Of a DNA stretch of 44,768 bases, positions 37,237-44,768 are shown piece by piece. The stretch is taken from sequence record SRR31156797_4857; one strand, written 5' to 3'. The translations under genes were made by a program, and so were the position numbers. The notes under the pieces were generated by a model. It was given only the letters and a program-made list of their open reading frames with translations, was not told the origin of the DNA and did not search any database. Within the stretch, counting starts at the first letter, position 1. Each line of letters starts with the position of its first letter.

Positions 37237-38724
37237 ATGTATTTTCCAGAGCAAAAAGATTTTGTTCACTTGATGGGACAGGCCGGTCTTGTACCTGTAT
37301 ACAAGACCATCGTCGCTGACCTTGATACTCCATTAACCATTTTTGCCAAGGTTGCCGGTAAAGATGAGCATGCTTTTCTTTTTGAGTCAATGGAGGGAGG
37401 CGAGAAGTGGGGGCGATATTCCTTTGTTGGCATGGATCCATTGGTCACCTTTGAAAGCCTACGCGACTCGGTGAGCTATATTTATCCAAACAACGTCGAG
37501 CAAAATTGTGAAAAGGAAGGCGTGAATCCGCTTGATGAACTGCGGCAACTGCTTAGTTCCTTTGATGTGATTGATGCCCCGAACCTGCCAAAATTTTACG
37601 GTGGCGCGGTAGGGTTTCTAGGCTATGATATGGTTCGATTTGTGGAAGATATTCCTGATCACCATCAACCCTCAACGGTCCCAGAAAGTTCGTTTCAAAT
37701 CCCAGGTGTGGTTCTTATCCATGATGCCGTACAGCAGACCCTGACTATTGTAAGTAATCTTTGGAGCGGCAGCGGGGAAACGCCAGAAGCGTTGTATGCA
37801 GAAGGGTGCCGCAAGATAGACGAGATTATTAAAAAGATCAAAGACCCTGTGCCGGCTGATGTGGTGGACCAGGTGCATCCAGTTGAGCCGCATACCTTTG
37901 TTTCCAACATGGAGGCCGAAACATTTGGTTCCATGGTGCAACAGGCAAAAGAGTATATTCTTGCCGGTGACATTATCCAGGTAGTTTTATCGCAACGGTT
38001 TCATGCCCGGTCAAGCCTCAATCCGTTTAACCTGTATCGAGCTTTACGCCATATTAATCCTAGCCCCTACCTCTTTTATCTAAGAACCGGCAATATGGTG
38101 CTGATTGGTTCTTCTCCTGAGATTCTCGTTCGTCTTGAAAATGATGACATAGAGCTGCGGCCCATTGCAGGTACCAGAAAACGTGGTGCAACCAAGGAAG
38201 AAGATCTGGCACTGGAGAAAGAACTGCTTGCTGATCCAAAAGAGTGTGCCGAGCATCTTATGCTGGTCGACCTTGGTCGCAATGATGTTGGACGGGTGGC
38301 TGATTACGGGTCTGTGTCGGTCAAAGATTTGCTGGTTGTTGAGCGGTATAGCCATGTCATGCATATTGTTTCTGGAGTAAATGGTAAGCTCGCCCCGGGA
38401 AAAGATCAGTTTGATGTACTTAAAGCGTGTTTTCCTGCTGGAACCGTGAGCGGTGCACCTAAAATTCGGGCAATGGAAATTATTGACGAGCTGGAAAAAG
38501 AGCGTCGGGGGCCTTATGCGGGAGCTGTTGGTTATTTCGGATTTTCAGGCAATATGGATTTCTGTATAACAATCCGTACTTTTGTCTTTCAAGATGATAA
38601 CCTGTGGATTCAGGCAGGTGCTGGCATTGTGGCCGACTCGGATCCTGTAAAGGAACATGAGGAAACCATAAACAAGTCCATGGGGCTGCGTAGGGCAGTA
38701 GAACTTGCTGAAAAAGGATTTTAA
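37237..38724 (+). CDS. trpE: Anthranilate synthase component I
   Basis: [50 protein letters not shown]. Confidence 0.96.
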   Translation: MYFPEQKDFVHLMGQAGLVPVYKTIVADLDTPLTIFAKVAGKDEHAFLFESMEGGEKWGRYSFVGMDPLVTFESLRDSVSYIYPNNVEQNCEKEGVNPLDELRQLLSSFDVIDAPNLPKFYGGAVGFLGYDMVRFVEDIPDHHQPSTVPESSFQIPGVVLIHDAVQQTLTIVSNLWSGSGETPEALYAEGCRKIDEIIKKIKDPVPADVVDQVHPVEPHTFVSNMEAETFGSMVQQAKEYILAGDIIQVVLSQRFHARSSLNPFNLYRALRHINPSPYLFYLRTGNMVLIGSSPEILVRLENDDIELRPIAGTRKRGATKEEDLALEKELLADPKECAEHLMLVDLGRNDVGRVADYGSVSVKDLLVVERYSHVMHIVSGVNGKLAPGKDQFDVLKACFPAGTVSGAPKIRAMEIIDELEKERRGPYAGAVGYFGFSGNMDFCITIRTFVFQDDNLWIQAGAGIVADSDPVKEHEETINKSMGLRRAVELAEKGF

Positions 38725-38726
38725 CT

Positions 38727-39341
38727 GTGATTGTTATAATTGATAACTACGATTCTTTTACTTATAATATCGTTCAAACCTTGACAACCGCACCTCCAGA
38801 TGGTGGTGCAGCTTGGCAGGTCCCTGAAATACAAGTCTACCGAAACAACAAAATCACTGTAGCCGAGATTGAAGCTCTGCAGCCCGACCGGCTGCTTATC
38901 TCACCTGGCCCCAAAAATCCTAAGCAGGCTGGTATATCCATGGAGGCTATCAAGGCCTTCAGCGGCAAGGTGCCCATACTTGGTGTTTGTCTGGGGCACC
39001 AGTCTATTGGTGAGGCATTTGGAGGACAAGTTGTACGTGCCGCACGTTTAATGCATGGGAAAACCAGCCCCGTGCATCACGATAGCCTGGGAGTGTTTAC
39101 AGGGCTCGAAAATCCCTTTCCAGGTATGCGATACCATTCTCTGATAATTGACGAGCAAAGCCTGCCAGATTGCTTTATTGCCACCGCTCATACCGATCAG
39201 GGTGAACTGATGGCTATTCGGCATAAGGAACTGGCCATTGAAGGGGTACAGTTTCACCCCGAATCCATAATGACTGGGGGGCAGGGGATGCAGCTACTGC
39301 ATACCTTTCTGCGGCCAGACTATGAACAGTTGCTCCGATAA
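38727..39341 (+). CDS. trpG: Anthranilate synthase component II (glutamine amidotransferase)
   Basis: [33 protein letters not shown]. Confidence 0.95.
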   Translation: MIVIIDNYDSFTYNIVQTLTTAPPDGGAAWQVPEIQVYRNNKITVAEIEALQPDRLLISPGPKNPKQAGISMEAIKAFSGKVPILGVCLGHQSIGEAFGGQVVRAARLMHGKTSPVHHDSLGVFTGLENPFPGMRYHSLIIDEQSLPDCFIATAHTDQGELMAIRHKELAIEGVQFHPESIMTGGQGMQLLHTFLRPDYEQLLR

Positions 39342-39366
39342 TCAGGTTTCTTTTCATCAAAGTATA

Positions 39367-39529
39367 TAGTGTCTATCCCAAAAATGAGGATTTTGGTTTG
39401 AGAGCAAAGCGTGCGGGAAACTTTACCACAGGCATATAATTGATATCGGAGCCTAACACCTGCCTCCGAAGGTTAAATTTTTTGCATTCGCTGCTATCTT
39501 TCCTAAATACCATTATTAGACGGGCACTA
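39367..39529. mobile_element. MITE-like 163-bp element between trpG and trpD
   Basis: Imperfect TIRs TAGTGTCTATCC / AGACGGGCACTA with TA at both ends; non-coding; fills most of the trpG-trpD gap. Confidence 0.65.
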
Positions 39530-39544
39530 ACTAACGGTTAAGCT

Positions 39545-40573
39545 ATGATAAAAAAAGCTATAAGTAAAGTCGTCGATAAGGTAGATCTCTCCGAGCAGGA
39601 GATGGTCATGGTAATGAGTGAGATTATGGGCGGAGAAGCCACCGAAGCCCAGATTGGCAGCTTTATCACTGCGCTTCGGATGAAGGGTGAAACCATTGAC
39701 GAAATCGTCGGCGCAGTTAAGGTTATGCGTGAGAAAGCAACTTTTGTCGATACTGGTGTGGATACCAGTTCCGGCAATTTGTTGATGGATATAGTTGGAA
39801 CAGGCGGTGACGGATCAGGGAGCTTTAATGTTTCCACCACCACCAGTTTTGTAGTTGCTGCGGCAGGTGTGCCTGTTGCCAAACATGGGAACAGAGCTGT
39901 CTCGTCAAGCTGCGGCAGCGCGGATGTCCTGGAAGCCCTGGGGGTCGATCTGTCCATGGGGGCCGAAGCGGTTGGGCGGTGTGTGAGGACCGTTGGTATT
40001 GGATTTCTTTTTGCACCGATGCTCCACCGGGCAATGAAATATGCCATTAACCCTCGTCGGGAAATTGGCATCCGCACTATTTTTAATATCCTTGGGCCGC
40101 TTACCAACCCAGCCGGTGCAAATGTGCAGCTTACAGGTGTTTTTGCCAAAGAACTAACCACAATCCTTGCCGAAGTACTTGTTCGATTGGGAATGCAGCG
40201 GACTCTGGTTGTATGGGGCGAAGGCAATATTGACGAGTTAACCATCAGCGGTACCTCTTATATTGCGGACGGCCATGCTGGCAAGGTTACGACTATGGCT
40301 GTCACTCCGGAGCAATTTGGCCTGCAAAGAGCAGCGATGGATGCTGTGCGCGGCGGGAACACTGCAGAAGAATCTGCTGAGTTGGTTCGTTTAGTACTTA
40401 AAGGTACTGCCGGCCCAAAACTCGATATGGTCCTGCTCAACGCAGGAGCAGCTCTGATGACTGCAGGGCAGGTTGAAAATTTGCAGCAGGGCGTTGACAA
40501 GGCAAGAGATATCATTTTGTCAGGGGCAGCGCTTGAAAAACTCGATCAACTGGTTGCCTTTAGGGACCATTAA
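39545..40573 (+). CDS. trpD: Anthranilate phosphoribosyltransferase
   Basis: DIVGTGGDG, FNVST, KHGNRAVSS, RTIFNILGPLTNP. Confidence 0.97.
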   Translation: MIKKAISKVVDKVDLSEQEMVMVMSEIMGGEATEAQIGSFITALRMKGETIDEIVGAVKVMREKATFVDTGVDTSSGNLLMDIVGTGGDGSGSFNVSTTTSFVVAAAGVPVAKHGNRAVSSSCGSADVLEALGVDLSMGAEAVGRCVRTVGIGFLFAPMLHRAMKYAINPRREIGIRTIFNILGPLTNPAGANVQLTGVFAKELTTILAEVLVRLGMQRTLVVWGEGNIDELTISGTSYIADGHAGKVTTMAVTPEQFGLQRAAMDAVRGGNTAEESAELVRLVLKGTAGPKLDMVLLNAGAALMTAGQVENLQQGVDKARDIILSGAALEKLDQLVAFRDH

Positions 40574-40588
40574 TAAGACTTACTTGCC

Positions 40589-41353
40589 ATGATACTTGAT
40601 ACAATTGTTGCCAGAAAGAAGGAAGAGGTTGCCGAGCTGTACCGAAAAGGAGTGATGCCTCCTCCTGAAAACCTCGATCCTCCCAGAGGGTTCGTTGATG
40701 CTATTAATAATGCCTCCAGTGTGGCCTTTATTGCTGAGGCTAAAAAAGCGTCCCCATCCAAGGGGGTTATTGAGCCAGATTTTGACCCCATGGCCATTGC
40801 CGCTCACTATCAGGCCAGTGGTGCAAATGCAATATCTGTATTAACAGACGTGGATTTTTTCCAGGGCGCACTCGCCTATATTCCTTTGGTGCGTAATGTG
40901 GTTGACTTGCCTGTGCTGCGTAAGGACTTCATCATTGATCCCATGCAGATTAGCGAGGCGCGTATGGTGGGTGCAGATGCGATACTTTTGATCGCCGCCA
41001 TTTTGGAAACCGAACAGCTGCGTGAATACCGGTTAATTGCTGAAGGTTACAACATGGATGTGCTGGTTGAAGTTCACGACGAAAAAGAACTGGAGTCTGC
41101 TCTTGCTGCCGAAAGTAAATTAATTGGCATTAATAATCGCAATCTTAATGATTTTTCAGTCAATCTGGATACCACATTCCGGCTGCTGCAGTTGATTCCT
41201 GATTCCATTCCGGTGGTCAGTGAGTCGGGTATTGCCACTATTGAAGATATGCGTCGCCTGAAAGAGCATGGTGTAGCGGCGGCACTCATCGGTGAGAGTC
41301 TCATGCGCAGTGGAACCGAAGGGAGCCTGTTACAGGAGTTTGCATCGCTATGA
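40589..41353 (+). CDS. trpC: Indole-3-glycerol phosphate synthase
   Basis: IAEAKKASPSKG, SVLTD, LRKDF, GADAILLI, GINNRNL, SESGI. Confidence 0.97.
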   Translation: MILDTIVARKKEEVAELYRKGVMPPPENLDPPRGFVDAINNASSVAFIAEAKKASPSKGVIEPDFDPMAIAAHYQASGANAISVLTDVDFFQGALAYIPLVRNVVDLPVLRKDFIIDPMQISEARMVGADAILLIAAILETEQLREYRLIAEGYNMDVLVEVHDEKELESALAAESKLIGINNRNLNDFSVNLDTTFRLLQLIPDSIPVVSESGIATIEDMRRLKEHGVAAALIGESLMRSGTEGSLLQEFASL

Positions 41354-42024
41354 TAAACCAGCAAAGGTTCAGGGTTAAAATATGCGGCACCACCAGATAC
41401 GATGATGCTGTCACCGCTGTTCAGGCAGGCGTAGATGCGCTAGGATTTATTTTTTTTGAGTCCAGTCCTCGGCATATTGATCCTGAAGATGCAAAGTTGA
41501 TCATAGAACAGTTACCCCCTTTTGTTGATATGGTAGGGGTTTTTGTCGATAAAAAAAGAAAGGAAGTCGAAGAGATTATAGATTACTGTCGCCTTGATTA
41601 CGTGCAGCTCCATGGAACAGAATCCCCTAAATACTGTGAGCGGTTAACCAGAATGGCTGCACCCTGTCAGGTAATCAAAGCGTTTCGGGTGGAGCCGCAG
41701 TTAACTGCAGAGAAGATCGATCCCTACAAACCCCATGTTAAGGGTTTCTTGTTGGATACCTATAACAAAAATATTGTTGGGGGAACAGGCGAGGTCTTTG
41801 ATTGGTCTGTGATTGAAAAACTGTATCTGCAAAAACCATATCTTCTTGCAGGCGGCCTGGGTGTTGACAATATAACCCAGGCATTGGAGAGCGTTTGTCC
41901 CTATGGGATTGACGCAAACTCGGGACTTGAAGAGGAACCAGGCAAAAAAGATCATGATCTGGTTCGGGCTTTTGTCAGAAAGGTTCGGGATTATGAATAT
42001 ACAAGCCTCTCTAGCGCCTCGTGA
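41350..42024 (+). CDS. trpF: Phosphoribosylanthranilate isomerase
   Basis: VKICG, VQLHGTE, GGTG..FDW, LAGGL, DANSGLE. Confidence 0.96.
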   Translation: MINQQRFRVKICGTTRYDDAVTAVQAGVDALGFIFFESSPRHIDPEDAKLIIEQLPPFVDMVGVFVDKKRKEVEEIIDYCRLDYVQLHGTESPKYCERLTRMAAPCQVIKAFRVEPQLTAEKIDPYKPHVKGFLLDTYNKNIVGGTGEVFDWSVIEKLYLQKPYLLAGGLGVDNITQALESVCPYGIDANSGLEEEPGKKDHDLVRAFVRKVRDYEYTSLSSAS

Positions 42025-42035
42025 TGACAGAGGGG

Positions 42036-42836
42036 CTAGCGGGCGAGTATTAAAGCATCGGGGAACCCATTTTGTTCCAAATGCCTTTCGTAAATTTTAA
42101 CCTTTGCAAGTGAAGTTCCTCCAAAGACCATAACTCGGTAGAGTTGCATCCCCGCGGCAGGGTACTGCTGTATGGTTACATTGCGCCCCTTAAGAGCGAA
42201 CTTCTGGGCCAGTCTCCTCGCGTTTTCCAATTCAATAAAAGCGCCAACCTGTACGTAAAAATTTCCCTGATCAAATTTATTGGTAACAGAAGGCTGCTGT
42301 TCTTTTTTATTTGGTTTCGGCTGTGGTGGCTGCTGCTTGCTAAGAGCGACAATCTTCACCCTGGCAGTACCGTTCCTTATCATCCCCAGTGACTCGGCGC
42401 CTGTGTAGGTAAGGTCGATTATCCTGTTTTTGACAAAGGGACCTCTGTCGTTAACCCGAGCGACAAATTTCTTATTATTTTCAAGATTGGTTACCAGAAG
42501 CATGGTGCCCATGGGTAAGGTTTTGTGTGCGGCGGTTTCAGCATACATGTCATAGGTTTCTCCATTGGCTGTTTTTCGGCCATGGAATTTCTTCCCATAC
42601 CATGAGGCTTTTCCCAGCTCACTATATCCTTCAGCAGAAGGAATGGGGTAATACTTAATGCCGTTTATCACATAGGGGCGCTGGGTAGCTTTGCTATATT
42701 TTTTTTTAGTTTTTTGTTTGTTTTCCTTTTTTTGCTGGGAATAGGTCGGAGTTTTGGTGCTGCAGCCAAAAGTAAGCAAAGCAAGAAAAACAACCACTGC
42801 AAGGCAAAAATTATAGAGAATTGCGGTACGTTTCAT
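42036..42836 (-). CDS. rlpA: Septal ring lytic transglycosylase RlpA (lipoprotein, DPBB + SPOR)
   Basis: Lipobox TFGC, GKASWYG..FHGRKTANGE, AAHKTLP, VNDRGPF, IIDL, VQVGAF. Confidence 0.95.
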   Translation of the reverse strand: MKRTAILYNFCLAVVVFLALLTFGCSTKTPTYSQQKKENKQKTKKKYSKATQRPYVINGIKYYPIPSAEGYSELGKASWYGKKFHGRKTANGETYDMYAETAAHKTLPMGTMLLVTNLENNKKFVARVNDRGPFVKNRIIDLTYTGAESLGMIRNGTARVKIVALSKQQPPQPKPNKKEQQPSVTNKFDQGNFYVQVGAFIELENARRLAQKFALKGRNVTIQQYPAAGMQLYRVMVFGGTSLAKVKIYERHLEQNGFPDALILAR

Positions 42837-44296
42837 TTGATTTGATTGTCAGGAAGTAGGTGGCGAAAGCGATTTTTATAGTACAAACCGGCCTTGCCGG
42901 TTGTATGGGGCGTATAAGGCAAGAGTCCATTGCCTAGACCTTTTTCATTGTCAAAGATGAGCATGTCATCTTCTGTGACCATTGAAAGCCGAAGGTCCAG
43001 GAGGGGGCGGAATACCTTAATTTTGCCGTCAATATCTTTGTTAATTATCATCTGTTCCCACCTGCGCTGAGTAAAACCTTTGTACCATATTCCGGAGCGC
43101 AGTTCGCCGGTAATGCCGTCACGCATAGCAATCGGAAATTCGTCTTCATCGCTGTAAAGATTATGTTCAAGCAGGGTTTCAACTTCTGCGCTGCCTTGAA
43201 CCGTTAAACGTTCCCAAATGTCGTACTCTTCAGATTCGGATCGAAAGAGATGGGTGGTTTGGTCGTTAAAGCTCCATTGTCCGTGACAAACCTGGCAGTC
43301 CACCTTGTTGCCGTATTGTGAATGTGCAGGATGGAGCAGTTTGGGAATAGGGTGCTGTTTTTCAGAAATTTTTCCTGTTAAGATAAGGGTGTCGCCTGTC
43401 TGCTGCAACTTGAGAGAGGATGGGATGGGCAACTTGGGATTCCACTGATGGCAGGTGGTACACTTGACTTCCGCCTGTTTGCCATGGCCGCTCCTTGGAT
43501 GACAATCTATACAGACCAGTCCTTTCTGTTGGTGGATGTCGGGAGCAAGGTTGAACTGCTCTACCCCGTAAGGCCGTAAAAAGGGGGTGCGGGTGGCATA
43601 GGGTGTCCTGTATTCCCAGTTATAATCGGTTTCAAATTTTCCGTAATAGTCACTTCCCACATAGTTTCCGTAATGACAGCTCAAGCAATTTTTATCAGTG
43701 GGTTTGGTAAAAGTATGCGATGTCAGTTTTGCACTGGTAAAAGAGAGGTGACAGGCAGCACAGCCAGTTCCGCGAGAGACATAAGGGTAGGGGTCGCCAG
43801 AAGTGTAAACATGACACCGGAGACAGCGTCTGCGGAGCATGTCATCACCTAGTTCTAACACGGTGGTAATGTTTTCTGGAATGGGAATATCTGTTAGTTT
43901 TTCAAGTTCATCCTTGGCCCCAAGGTGGGTGCGGATGGTGTTAATCTCATTACGCAGAGTAAAATGATTTCCTGATGCAGCTTGTTGTACCTCCTGTGGG
44001 TGGCAGCTGCCGCAGGTCTTGGCCATAGTAGAGGGATGAGCAGGTTGGGTAACCAGTCCCTGATGTGCCTGGTTTTTATCTGCAACCGCATTGTTTCCTT
44101 GGTGGCACTTGATACAGGGAAAAGAGTGATTGCGGTCAAGAGTAATCCCTGTATGGCAATTTTTACATCCAGGCAGAGGCGGATGTTTTTTGAGATCAGA
44201 AGAATGTATAGAGGACGGTGTTTCAGCTTGCTCTTCAGAGCTGCATCCGACGAGTAAGGAAAGAATGATGAGGAGAATGGTAAAATAACTTTTCAT
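42833..44296 (-). CDS. Nonaheme c-type cytochrome lipoprotein
   Basis: Lipobox LVGC; 9 CxxCH (CKNCH, CIKCH, CGSCH, CLRCH, CAACH, CLSCH, CIDCH, CTTCH, CQVCH). Confidence 0.9.
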   Translation of the reverse strand: MKSYFTILLIILSLLVGCSSEEQAETPSSIHSSDLKKHPPLPGCKNCHTGITLDRNHSFPCIKCHQGNNAVADKNQAHQGLVTQPAHPSTMAKTCGSCHPQEVQQAASGNHFTLRNEINTIRTHLGAKDELEKLTDIPIPENITTVLELGDDMLRRRCLRCHVYTSGDPYPYVSRGTGCAACHLSFTSAKLTSHTFTKPTDKNCLSCHYGNYVGSDYYGKFETDYNWEYRTPYATRTPFLRPYGVEQFNLAPDIHQQKGLVCIDCHPRSGHGKQAEVKCTTCHQWNPKLPIPSSLKLQQTGDTLILTGKISEKQHPIPKLLHPAHSQYGNKVDCQVCHGQWSFNDQTTHLFRSESEEYDIWERLTVQGSAEVETLLEHNLYSDEDEFPIAMRDGITGELRSGIWYKGFTQRRWEQMIINKDIDGKIKVFRPLLDLRLSMVTEDDMLIFDNEKGLGNGLLPYTPHTTGKAGLYYKNRFRHLLPDNQIK

Positions 44297-44300
44297 AAAC

Positions 44301-44329
44301 TTGACACCTTACCATAAAATTGCTACATC
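44301..44329 (+). promoter_or_regulatory. Putative sigma70 promoter of the tRNA
   Basis: TTGACA-N17-TACATC with TG extension. Confidence 0.45.
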
Positions 44330-44375
44330 AATAAACCTCAAAATTTCTATGATACTTCTCATCATTCATATGAGA

Positions 44376-44452
44376 GCCGATATAGCTCAGCTTGGTAGAG
44401 CGGCTGATTCGTAATCAGTAGGTCTCCGGTTCAAGTCCGGATATCGGCTCCA
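44376..44452 (+). tRNA. tRNA-Thr (anticodon CGT)
   Basis: Acceptor GCCGATA/TATCGGC, D arm TAGCTCAG..GGTAGAGC, anticodon loop TTCGTAA, T loop TTCAAGT, encoded CCA. Confidence 0.96.
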
Positions 44453-44459
44453 TTATATC

Positions 44460-44502
44460 AAGGGTTTAGCTTCTCTCGCTGAGATTAGCTAAACCCTTTT
44501 TT
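44460..44502 (+). terminator. Intrinsic terminator after the tRNA
   Basis: AAGGGTTTAGCT...AGCTAAACCCTTTTTT. Confidence 0.8.
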
Positions 44503-44539
44503 GCCTACTTTAGGCAAAAAATATCATTTCGGTGTGTAG

Positions 44540-44665
44540 CGCGTCGCGAGGTTTGGAACCAACTCACGCGAGGTTTGAACCCTGAAATGCGACGCGTTTA
44601 ATTAGATTACCCCTGCTTTTTAACGCTCCATTAATTGCTGATTAAAAGCTCAGTTCGAGGTTTGG
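44540..44665. repeat. Short direct repeats (CG)CGAGGTTTG x3; first two enclosed by an 8-bp inverted repeat
   Basis: Copies at 44545, 44567, 44656; CGCGTCGC (44540) / GCGACGCG (44589). Confidence 0.6.
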
Positions 44666-44768
44666 ATCGGCTTTCTTTTTTCCTACTCACAGAATACTTC
44701 AATTCGACTTCTTCTATATTATATAGGCGGAATATTTCGGTTCCATAAGTAGAAGGGGAGGTCTCCCT

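Noticed and set aside
1-44768. CRISPR arrays, transposases, riboswitches, and the many antisense ORFs in the track
   Set aside because: No repeat-spacer array, transposase or recognisable riboswitch core found by eye (an Infernal scan would be needed to exclude them); antisense ORFs shadow well-supported genes

Overview
Chromosomal window, probably from a sulfate/sulfur-metabolising deltaproteobacterium (Desulfobulbales-like; inferred from gene content). In order it contains: (1) a minus-strand flagellar operon (TPR protein-flgB-flgC-fliE-fliF-fliG-fliH-fliI-fliJ-MotE/FlbB-like-fliK-flgD) with a sigma54 promoter; (2) a divergent chemotaxis-like cluster with no receptors in the window: a CheA-like kinase with an internal MshEN c-di-GMP-binding motif pair and no CheW/P5 domain, CheY, two CheX, and a tandem CheC-like/pseudo-receiver protein; (3) a sigma54 activator with no sensor domain, coupled to a stand-alone cNMP-binding protein; (4) a thermonuclease, and ftsH coupled to a divergent octaheme OTR-family cytochrome; (5) a ~10 kb redox module, the best candidate for an undescribed system: two parallel [small membrane protein]-NrfD-[Cys-rich MerR] cassettes flanking a sigma54 activator with three tandem CX8CX3C PAS domains and a Tat 4Fe-4S protein/hexaheme c7-type cytochrome operon, with shared GGGCGCA-N3-TGCGCC palindromes upstream of both cassettes; (6) a pentapeptide-repeat protein, rpsT, trpE-G-D-C-F (MITE-like element between trpG and trpD), a nonaheme lipoprotein coupled to rlpA, and tRNA-Thr(CGT) followed by short repeats. 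All calls come from reading motifs by eye; no database searches were run.
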